From positions 1,489 through 65,488 of the forward strand of contig CAZRCI010000028.1 of assembly GCA_964598535.1 (NCBI GenBank): a stretch of DNA of 64,000 bases, written 5' to 3'. The notes beneath the pieces are model-generated. The model made no database searches and was not told where the DNA came from. It worked only from the letters and a program-made list of their open reading frames with translations. The position numbers and the translations under genes are program-made. The DNA comes from an uncultured Planctomycetaceae bacterium (GTDB lineage: Bacteria > Planctomycetota > Planctomycetia > Pirellulales > PALSA-1355). Positions 9,353-17,496 of this stretch are shown piece by piece. Each line of letters opens with the position of its first letter. Position 1 is the first letter of the stretch.

Positions 9353-9814
9353 TTAGCAGCAGCCGCAGCAAACCGGCGTGCCCTGGAACGACACGTAGCA
9401 GCAGCAACCCGAATCCAAGCACTTGGCCAGGCAGTCGCAGCAAGCTTGGATCATGTCGCAGCAGGCCTTATCGCCGCTCTTGCAGGTGATGCACACGCCG
9501 TCCTTGGTCGGCTCGCAGGTGCAAATCCCGCAGCATAGGTTGCACATGCACACGGTCATGCCGTTGAGCGTGCAGCAGCAACTGCACAGGCCGTCGCACA
9601 GCGCCTTGCACAGGTTCTGTAGCGTGAGGCACGAAACCTCGTCGTCGCACACGCAGTGGATTTTCATCCCGCCCGCGCACTTCTCGACCTTCATCGTGCA
9701 ACGGGGCACAACGCAGTAGTTGCCGGCCGTGGGGGCTGCGGTCGTGGGAGCGTGTCCCGCCGGCGAGTGCGAAGCAGCACCAAAGAATGTCCGTTCCAAA
9801 ATCGCAGTGCTCAT
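9353..9814 (-). CDS. extremely cysteine-rich protein (153 aa, ~33 Cys), possible metal-binding; family unknown
   Basis: ATG at 9814 with GAAAGGA 7 nt upstream. Almost all codons end in G/C and every Cys codon I read is TGC. Contains CC/CCC/CxC and C-x3-C-x3-C runs and ends in VCCGCC. Confidence 0.7.
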   Translation of the reverse strand: MSTAILERTFFGAASHSPAGHAPTTAAPTAGNYCVVPRCTMKVEKCAGGMKIHCVCDDEVSCLTLQNLCKALCDGLCSCCCTLNGMTVCMCNLCCGICTCEPTKDGVCITCKSGDKACCDMIQACCDCLAKCLDSGCCCYVSFQGTPVCCGCC

Positions 9815-10359
9815 AGCAAAAATCCTTTCGCTTGCCTGAGTACCTGTTGCCGTCCGGCGAAGGCTCACATGATGTGTGTCGTGAGCGGCGGAAACGTTCC
9901 GTCTAGAAGGCGACAACTTGTGCTCGGGGTGAATCCCGCGTCGCTCTGGTCATCCAGTCGCCGACGCATCAAAACATCGGAACCATCCACAGAGGTCTCC
10001 CGCGTGTCCGGGTCGACGCTATGCAAGCAGCGAATATAAGCCAGCGCGGCTAGCATAGGCAATGGCGGTTTACGCAGAATTTGCGGCAGCGGCGAACTTT
10101 GCGGGACTCTCGGAGGATGCGGACCTCCAATCTTGAAAACCGAGGCAATGTCATGCCTCTCGTTCGCCGCGCTAGCTATAGATAGTCGATAAACATGGTC
10201 GTGAAGGTGACCATCGAGCATGGCATGTGTGTGCTGACAGCAGCTTGTCACCTTGAACGCGAGTGCATCTTGGGCGGTGGGATTGGAACGAGCGGTCGCG
10301 AAAAAAATCACAGGTGCTAGCTGCTGTCGGCCGATAGATGGCGAAGGAGTCCCCCGGAA

Positions 10360-10605
10360 ATGTTTGCCAATCGTATCACCCGCTATTCGAATCGCATGGA
10401 CGCCTTCCTGCCACCTCCGCCGCCTTCTCAGCCGCAGGTCACGGCTCAAACGCCCGCGCCCCCGGCCGGCTTTGTTGTCTGCCCGCTTCACGTTGCCGTG
10501 GCCACGGCCTGGCAACAAGAAGTCTATCGCCGGGCATACGAAGATGCGGTTGCCCGCGCTCAGACGCCGCGCATCTTTCGGCGAATGTTCTCGAACTGGA
10601 ATTAG
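10360..10605 (+). CDS. hypothetical small protein (81 aa), Pro-rich centre
   Basis: ATG 10 nt after GAAGGAG. More natural composition than the overlapping frame 10338-10634. No family recognised. Confidence 0.35.
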   Translation: MFANRITRYSNRMDAFLPPPPPSQPQVTAQTPAPPAGFVVCPLHVAVATAWQQEVYRRAYEDAVARAQTPRIFRRMFSNWN

Positions 10606-10827
10606 CAGGGCTGCTGAAAAAGTCAGCCGCCTGACGAGAGCCTCTCCTCCCGTTCCGGTTCGCTCGAACGTCGGCTTTGTTGCGATCACCAATCCTCAGC
10701 AACTTGCGCCACGCCTCCTGTGCGCGAGGGGCGGCGGCCGGATCTTCCCCTAGCATGTCCGGGGCTGCTAGCCGATAATGGCCGCCTGCCATTTTGGTCC
10801 GCCGATATTCGAGGAGCGATTGCCGCT

Positions 10828-11931
10828 ATGAAAGGCCTTGCTGCCCTGCTGGTTGCCATTTTTCTGGCTATGTTCTGCTGGGGCGTCTATGGACCGGTGC
10901 TCGCCGTGGGGCGTGCGGGCATGGAAGGCAGCTCGCTGAAGCCGTTCATCTGTGTCGGCATTGCCTATTTTCTCATCGCGGTGCTTGCCCCGATCGTCAC
11001 CTTGCAACTCAAGGGCGAAACCGGCTATTGGAGCTCGACCGGTATTTTCTGGAGTCTGGCCGCTGGCGCTGCTGGCGCGTTGGGGGCCCTGGGAATCATC
11101 CTCGCGCTCGCCTTTCGTGGCAGCCCGATCTACGTCATGCCGTTGGTGTTCGGCGGTGCTCCGGTCGTGAATACCTTTCTCACGATGTACTGGAGCCGCT
11201 CGTTCAAACAGATCAACCCCGTGTTCATCGCCGGGCTGATCCTGGTGATTGTCGGCGCGGTCACGGTGCTGATCTTCCGCCCGCAAGGCGGCCACGGCCC
11301 CGCGCCCGCTGCGCAGGCCAGTGACCACGCGACCCCCGCCGCGGCCGCCACGGAAACGCCCGCCGGCGAGGCGAATGCACAGCGCCGAGCGATTGGCGCC
11401 AATGAATCCCCCCTGCAACGCTGGGGGATGGTGACCATCTTCACCGCCCTGACCGCGCTCTCCTGGGGCGTCTATGGACCGACGCTGCATCGTGGGCAAA
11501 TGGCGATGGCCGGTAGCCGGCTGCGGCCCTTCATTTGCGTCGGCGTTTCGTACTTTCTCATGGCGGTGATCGTGCCGACCTTGATCTTGCTCCAGTGGGC
11601 AGAGCCCGGACGTTTCACCTTTACGGGAACCATCTGGAGCCTGGCCGGCGGAGCCGCGGGCGCCATCGGCGCGCTAGGCATCATCATGGCCTTCAACTTC
11701 GGCGGAAAGCCGATCTTCGTGATGCCGTTGGTATTCGGCGGGGCCCCGGTCGTGAACACCTTCGTGAGCGTGACCCAGGCCGGCCAGTGGGGAGACCTGC
11801 ACGCGATGTTCTTTGCCGGCTTGATTGTCGTTGTCGCCGGCGCGGTGACCGTGCTGGTGTTCGCGCCGAAGCCGGCTCCGCACCATCCGCCGGTCGAAGA
11901 CAAACCAGACCCCGGGGCGGCGCCCGCTTAG
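10828..11931 (+). CDS. integral membrane protein with internal 5+5 TM duplication (DMT/EamA-like permease topology)
   Basis: ATG 11 nt after GAGGAG. The two halves align: WGVYGP...PFICVG...PI(Y/F)VMPLVFGGAPVVNTF. Halves are joined by an Ala/Pro-rich linker. Confidence 0.75.
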   Translation: MKGLAALLVAIFLAMFCWGVYGPVLAVGRAGMEGSSLKPFICVGIAYFLIAVLAPIVTLQLKGETGYWSSTGIFWSLAAGAAGALGALGIILALAFRGSPIYVMPLVFGGAPVVNTFLTMYWSRSFKQINPVFIAGLILVIVGAVTVLIFRPQGGHGPAPAAQASDHATPAAAATETPAGEANAQRRAIGANESPLQRWGMVTIFTALTALSWGVYGPTLHRGQMAMAGSRLRPFICVGVSYFLMAVIVPTLILLQWAEPGRFTFTGTIWSLAGGAAGAIGALGIIMAFNFGGKPIFVMPLVFGGAPVVNTFVSVTQAGQWGDLHAMFFAGLIVVVAGAVTVLVFAPKPAPHHPPVEDKPDPGAAPA

Positions 11932-11983
11932 CCGATTGCCACGGCCCTGGGAAAAAAAGCCGAGTCGGAGGGGGGCGATCTCG

Positions 11984-13114
11984 CTATTTCTTCGGCAACA
12001 GCCGGTCTGCTTCGGCGGCCATCCCGAGCTTCACCGTGAGTCGTAGCGATTGGCCGTCGCGCAACACCGCGATCGCCACCTCGCGATTGGCTTCGGTCAT
12101 GCCGACCAGGTTCACCAGATGGTCGTCGTTGTCCACGGGAATTCCGGCAAACTCCAAGATCACGTCGCCCACCTGAAGCTTGGCGGCTTCGGCGGCCGAA
12201 CCGGGAAAGATCTTCGAGATCTTCGCGCCTTGCGAACGCTTTAATCCCACGCTGATCGCCACGCCCGGGTCGAACTTATGGTCGAGCTGCACACCGAGTT
12301 GAGCGCGCGCGACGCTGTTGTGCTCCACCAATTGCGTGGCCACGAACTTGACCATGTTCACGGGAATCGAAAAGCCGATCCCCTCGTTATGGCCCGAGCT
12401 CGAGGCGATCGCCGTATTCATGCCGATCACCTCGCCGCGCAGATTGATCAGCGGACCGCCGCTATTGCCCGGGTTGATGGCCGCGTCGGTCTGTAGGAAG
12501 TCTTGAAACTTCACGTCCTCGGAAAGAATCAGGTCTCGCCTGCCGGTGGCGCTGATGATGCCAAACGTAATCGAATGGCTCAGACCGAACGGGCTGCCGA
12601 CCGCCAAGACAAAGTCGCCAATCTCGATCCGATTACTATCGCCGAAGCGAACCGGCACGAGATTCTTGGCCTCGACTTCCATCACGGCGATGTCCGTCGC
12701 CGGGTCGCTCCAGACCCGCGTCGGATGCAAGACGCGGCCATCGGCCAGGCGAATATTGATCGCGTTGTTCGTCGCGTTCTTGATGACGTGGCGATTGGTG
12801 AGGATATAGGGTCGGCCGCTGATTTCGGCGATATAGCCGCTGCCGGCTTCCTCGACGTGATTATCCCGCACGAGCGCGCTGCCGCGCTCCACCTTGTCCG
12901 CCTCGATATGGACCACCGTGGGCCGAACCAGCCGGGCGACCGCCTTCAGCACGTTGCTCTGCTGGGCCATGGCCGTCGATTCGCGGCTCAACTCCTCGTA
13001 GAGCCGGGCCCGATCGGCGTTTTCAGGCCCTTGTGCCAACCCGATGCTCGCCGCGGGCAGCATGAGGGTTGCGGCCACGAGACTTCCCAACGCCGCTCGA
13101 ACCAGACGAAACAT
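11984..13114 (-). CDS. HtrA/DegP family serine protease with PDZ domain
   Basis: Signal peptide from internal ATG 13114 (MFRLVRAALGSLVAATLMLPAA). Catalytic triad contexts TNRHV, DIAVM, GNSGGPL. C-terminal PDZ. Confidence 0.9.
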   Translation of the reverse strand: MFRLVRAALGSLVAATLMLPAASIGLAQGPENADRARLYEELSRESTAMAQQSNVLKAVARLVRPTVVHIEADKVERGSALVRDNHVEEAGSGYIAEISGRPYILTNRHVIKNATNNAINIRLADGRVLHPTRVWSDPATDIAVMEVEAKNLVPVRFGDSNRIEIGDFVLAVGSPFGLSHSITFGIISATGRRDLILSEDVKFQDFLQTDAAINPGNSGGPLINLRGEVIGMNTAIASSSGHNEGIGFSIPVNMVKFVATQLVEHNSVARAQLGVQLDHKFDPGVAISVGLKRSQGAKISKIFPGSAAEAAKLQVGDVILEFAGIPVDNDDHLVNLVGMTEANREVAIAVLRDGQSLRLTVKLGMAAEADRLLPKK

Positions 13115-13518
13115 TGCGAAAACTCCACGAGGCCCGAATTGAAGTTTGAAGCCGTGAGGCACGGCTTCACGCCGCGTTGACACATTCTGCCAACGGTCGC
13201 CACACGAAAATTCTACCGTAAAAGCCGTTAGACGTTGCCTTCGGGGCGCATGCGATGTTGGAAAAACAACGTCAGACGAACGCGTAATCGCCTTTAACGA
13301 TAAGACGCGCCCCGCGGATTGGCAATTGCGCGGAACGCTCGCCGGCCGTTTGGCCGCGCGGACGATTCTCTGGCTGACCCAACGAAAATGCACTGGCGGC
13401 CGGCGGCGGCTTGCTCCAAACCCGCTCGAGGTTCAAAGACCGTTCGCCTTGCCTTACCAGTGCATTCCGCTGGTGCCTCGATATCTCCGCTCTGTTAGGG
13501 TCGCATGAGCGCGATCCC

Positions 13519-13542
13519 AAAATAACGACGTAAGTCGTTATT
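13519..13542 (-). terminator. putative terminator hairpin downstream of the dksA-like gene
   Basis: 9-bp stem AATAACGAC (13521-13529) / GTCGTTATT (13534-13542) with a 4-nt loop, running into a short T tract on the minus strand. The stem is AT-rich, so support is modest. Confidence 0.4.
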
Positions 13543-13588
13543 CTGCCGGCCGCTGCAACAAGTCCCGACAGACTTTTGCAGCCGCCCG

Positions 13589-14032
13589 CTAGACGTCGAT
13601 CTCGATATCGTTGATCGAAAGATCGCTGTCGCCCGAGTTGTCGAGCACGCGTCCCCAGTCGGCGTCGTGGCCGCCGGTGCTGCCGTAGCGTTCTTGTTCG
13701 CGTTGGCAGTTGATGCACAACGTGGCATACGGCAGGGCATTCAGCCGGGCCATCGGAATCGAGCATCCACAGCCTTCGCACACGCCGTACTTGCCCTCGC
13801 GCATTCGTTCCAAGGCGTTTTCGATGGAAGCCAATTCGCGGCTTTCCACCTCGGCCAATTGCGAGCTGATTTCGTCCTGCGCCGAATCCAGCGCGGCGTC
13901 GACCATGTCGCCGGCGGTTTGGGCCCGAAGTTCTTTGAGCAGGCTCAAGTCGCCGGCCAGTGCCGTGCGAAGCGCGTCGCGGCGCATGATTAAAATTTGG
14001 CGCATGCTCAGGATTGCGTCTTTGCGTGCCAT
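13589..14032 (-). CDS. DksA/TraR family C4-type zinc-finger protein
   Basis: ATG 14032 after GGTGAAGGA. Coiled-coil region followed by CEGCGCSIPMARLNALPYATLCINC (4-Cys finger). Confidence 0.85.
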   Translation of the reverse strand: MARKDAILSMRQILIMRRDALRTALAGDLSLLKELRAQTAGDMVDAALDSAQDEISSQLAEVESRELASIENALERMREGKYGVCEGCGCSIPMARLNALPYATLCINCQREQERYGSTGGHDADWGRVLDNSGDSDLSINDIEIDV

Positions 14033-14692
14033 AGGTCCTTCACCTCTATATCCGGTTGTCTTCGTGCGGCCGAAGGATTTGAGGCCCCAGCAAGCCGCTG
14101 CCAAAACTTCCCTGAAAAAGTTCCTGGTAATGTCGTTTGAAAACGACGCCTCTGGTTGCCGCCATTTTTACCGCAACCAGAATATAGTACGCATCAAGTT
14201 TCACGCGGGTCACAAAAATCCAAGCGGATTTTTCCGACGCCGCGCCGGCGCGGAGTGTTCCCCGCGTATGTGCTTTTTTTCACAGTCTTCCAAACGTCCG
14301 ACGACCCTCTCGCCCGCTCGGCTTGAAACCTACCGCCCGGTCGGTGTAAACCGCCTTCTTCCTGGCGAGACGTTTCTCGCCCTCAATTGCCTAGGGCGGC
14401 ACGCATGACGTTTGGCACGCCTTGCCGGCCCTCGGCCACTCGCGGGTGACTTTCGCCCTCCGGATAATCGGCAGAATCCACGTAGATATACAGCCGTTCT
14501 TCCTAAATCGGCCTGCGAACACCCTGCTGGCAGCTTGGCGTCCAGCGGGTTTTTCCCGCAATTCCGCCGGGCGACCTAAGGTACAGATGGCAGGGCGCCA
14601 TACTGCTCGCCCGGCCCCAACGGTTGAAGAACGCCACGAATGGTCTTCTTCGACGATGCCCCCTAAACGTCGACGGCTTTGGAACTTGAAGC

Positions 14693-17464
14693 ATGGCAAT
14701 TCTCGCTAGCACGCAACCTCCCCTGTCGTTGCTCGGCACGCCCGTGGCCGATTTGCTGCTTAAAATCATTGGTACCGCTCGCGATGGGCAAGTGGTTCGC
14801 CTTACGGCCGCCAAATGCACGATCGGCTCCGCCGCCCACTGCACGTTGCGTTTGCGGGCTCGCGGAGTGCGCGCGGTTCACGCCTTGATTCTGCGAGGCC
14901 CGGGCGGAGTTGTCTTCCGGGCCTGGGCGCCGAACAGCCGGGTCAACGGCGAACCGGTTGCCGACGCGGTGCTCGAAGCCGGAGACCGTATTACGATTGG
15001 CCCCATCGAACTCGAAGTCCTGGCCGCGGAGGGCCCCCCGGCGGACCCTTTCGACGCCGGTCGCACGGTCGTTCTTGACCGCCGGCCGGCCAGCCGTCCG
15101 AACCTGTTGGAGTCTGCCGCCGCGCGCGTTGCCTCGCGGCCAGCGCCGTCGGAAAGCCGGCAGGTCACGTCGAGCGTCCCGCGTCCGAAGCGGTGGCGAC
15201 CGCGGATACGCAAGCTCGTGGAGGAAGTCCGCAAACTGCGCGAAGAAATCGATCGTTTCGAACAGGCCGCCCCGCTCGTAAACCAATACGCGCTCGAAGC
15301 CGCTCAACTTCGCGCACGGTTGGAATCGATCGAGCCGCAACATGCCGAGTGGCAGTCGGAGCTCGAACGACTTCGGGCAGAGCTCGACCAGCGTCAAGAC
15401 CAGCTCAGCGAAGAGCTGGCAACGCTCGACCGCGGACGAGCTGAGATCGAAGCCGAACGTAGAGCCTGGCAAGCCGAACGCGAAACGGCTCGCCGAGACG
15501 CCGAACTTGCGCAACAACAGGCTCAAGCGGCATGGACGCATCACGTGGCTCAGCGCGAAGCCGAACTCGACGCCGCGGCCCAGGAACTCGAACGCAAGCG
15601 TGGCGAGCTGAGCGAGCTGGCCCAGGGCCGCCAGGATCTCGATAGCCGGCAGGCCGCGCTCGCCGAGCACGAGGCCGCCGTCGCGGCTCGCCAGGCCGAC
15701 CTCGAGCGGCAAGCCGTTGAGCTCGAGGAACGTAGCGCCGAGCTCGTGCGCCGCGAAGCGGAGCTGGCCGAGGCGCAGGCCTCGCTTCAGAGAGCCCAGG
15801 AGGAACTGGCCGCTTGCCGCAGCGCGTTCGAATCGCAGCAAATGAGCGCCCGCGAGGAACTGGCCGCGGCCCGCGAAGCGTTGGCCGCCGCGGAGTCCGA
15901 ATGCGCCCGCGCCCGCGAGCAGCTCCATGCAGAGTTCCAGCTTTTGGCCAGCAGCCGCGAGGAGATCGAATCGCAGGGTTCTCGGCTCGCGGATTTCGAG
16001 GCCGAACTAGTCGCCGCCCGCCAGGCGATCGCGGCACTGCACGAATCCGAGCAAGAGCGTCTGGGCGAGAGATCCGCGGAGCTGGAACGCCTGGCCGCTG
16101 AGCTTTCGGTTCGCGAATTGGAACTTGCCGAGCGGTTGCAGGCGGCCACCAAAGGGAACACCGAAGCGGGCACCGACACCGTCGTGGCCGACGATACCAC
16201 CGCCCAAGCGTCCGAACTGCAACAGCTTCGCCAGCAACTCGAAGGCCGTGAATCGGAACTGGCGCATCGCGAACATTTGCTCGCCGCTCGCGTTGGCGAA
16301 CACCAGCAGCAGTTGGAACAAGTGGAAGCGGCTCGGCGCGAACTCATAGCTCGTGCCGAGGAACTCGACCTCCGCGAGGCGGAATTGGCCGCACGGCCTG
16401 CGGCGGACTTGACGGTCGAGGTTGCCGAACAGAACCTGCAACCAGACGCGGCTTTGGCGGCCGAGGCCGAGCTTCAGCGGCAGCGCGAAGAGCTGGAAGC
16501 CTCGCTCGAAACGCTCAGGCAGGAGCGCGAGTCATTCGCGCAAGAACGCTCGCGAGCTTCCGACCGACTCGATGCCGAAGCTCGTGAACTGGCCGAAGCC
16601 CGCGAGCAGCTCGATGCAGAGCGTGAGCAACTGACCGTGGAGCGTGAGGCATGGGAGTCGCACATATCCCGCTCCGCCATGCGTTCCCCGGCTCCGGTGG
16701 ATGACGAGCTAGAAGAAGACGCCGTAGCCTATAGTGAGTTTTCGCCCGCTCGCCAAGCCTATCGTCCCATGTCCCCCAGCGATGCCGAAACGGAACACAT
16801 GCCGCTGAACGAGACACTCTGCCGTCTCACGCACGCGGACGATGAGGACTCTATCGAATCGCACATCGCGGCGTTCATGACCCGCTTGCGCAACGGGCAG
16901 CCTGCCCCGCCGCCGGTTGTCGAACGAACCCTGCCCAAGCGTCGGAAGAGTGACGAGCCGCCGCCGGCCCCTCTCGATGCCGAGCCGGCGGACAGACGCG
17001 AACCCGCCTCTCTGGTGCTTGATGTCGCCACCGCCCCGCTGGAGACGGCGCGCCGCAAAGCGCCTGAAGAAAAGTCGAGCATGAACGTGCTCCGCGAGAT
17101 TGGGCTCAGCCATGCGCGGAGCGCGATCGACACGCACGGCCAGCGGCGTTCCTTGCAGCAGGCTTATGTGACCTTGGCGATCAGCGCCGCGTGCCTCGCG
17201 GCCGCGTTCTTCGTGTTGTACATGTCGGGCAATGCGGCGATGCAATCCGTGGGCATCGTGATCCTGGTGGTTGGCATCTACTGGATGGCTTCGAGTATTT
17301 GGGCCGCCAACAAGGTGGTGGCGACGATTCGCCGGCGCCGGCGGGGGGGCCTACGGGCGATGCTCGAAGAAGTCGACGCCGAGATCGCGGCCATTCAACG
17401 GGAGGCCGAAGCCGAGCTTGCCGCCGCCGAACAGTGCGAAAACGAGTCCCCAGCGACCGAATAA
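14693..17464 (+). CDS. FHA-domain protein with very long coiled coil and two C-terminal TM helices
   Basis: N-terminal FHA signature (CTIGSAAHCTLRL...ILRGPGG...VNGEPV...GDRITIGPIELEV). About 500 aa of E/A/R/L/Q heptad-like sequence. C-terminal TMs are LAISAACLAAAFFVLYM and VGIVILVVGIYWMASSIW. Confidence 0.85.
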   Translation: MAILASTQPPLSLLGTPVADLLLKIIGTARDGQVVRLTAAKCTIGSAAHCTLRLRARGVRAVHALILRGPGGVVFRAWAPNSRVNGEPVADAVLEAGDRITIGPIELEVLAAEGPPADPFDAGRTVVLDRRPASRPNLLESAAARVASRPAPSESRQVTSSVPRPKRWRPRIRKLVEEVRKLREEIDRFEQAAPLVNQYALEAAQLRARLESIEPQHAEWQSELERLRAELDQRQDQLSEELATLDRGRAEIEAERRAWQAERETARRDAELAQQQAQAAWTHHVAQREAELDAAAQELERKRGELSELAQGRQDLDSRQAALAEHEAAVAARQADLERQAVELEERSAELVRREAELAEAQASLQRAQEELAACRSAFESQQMSAREELAAAREALAAAESECARAREQLHAEFQLLASSREEIESQGSRLADFEAELVAARQAIAALHESEQERLGERSAELERLAAELSVRELELAERLQAATKGNTEAGTDTVVADDTTAQASELQQLRQQLEGRESELAHREHLLAARVGEHQQQLEQVEAARRELIARAEELDLREAELAARPAADLTVEVAEQNLQPDAALAAEAELQRQREELEASLETLRQERESFAQERSRASDRLDAEARELAEAREQLDAEREQLTVEREAWESHISRSAMRSPAPVDDELEEDAVAYSEFSPARQAYRPMSPSDAETEHMPLNETLCRLTHADDEDSIESHIAAFMTRLRNGQPAPPPVVERTLPKRRKSDEPPPAPLDAEPADRREPASLVLDVATAPLETARRKAPEEKSSMNVLREIGLSHARSAIDTHGQRRSLQQAYVTLAISAACLAAAFFVLYMSGNAAMQSVGIVILVVGIYWMASSIWAANKVVATIRRRRRGGLRAMLEEVDAEIAAIQREAEAELAAAEQCENESPATE

Positions 17465-17496
17465 CGAAACGCTTTGGCCGCGCGCCGCGATGGCAA

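Noticed and set aside
9423-9719. 98-aa Gln/His/Ser-rich plus-strand ORF opposite the Cys-rich gene
   Set aside because: It is the antisense reading of TGC-rich codons (GCA repeats give Gln/His/Ser). The minus frame has the SD, the terminator and near-uniform G/C third positions.
9865-10692. 275-aa minus-strand ORF spanning the spacer next to the Cys-rich gene
   Set aside because: It has poor composition (Arg/Ser/Pro/Gly-rich) and no SD. It overlaps the better-supported small + ORF and lies in a region that looks regulatory.
14663-15928. 421-aa minus-strand ORF and several other ORFs overlapping the FHA/coiled-coil gene
   Set aside because: The repetitive GAG/GCC/CGC-rich coding sequence of the coiled coil keeps several frames open. 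Only the + frame starting at 14693 has an FHA domain, TM helices and sensible composition.
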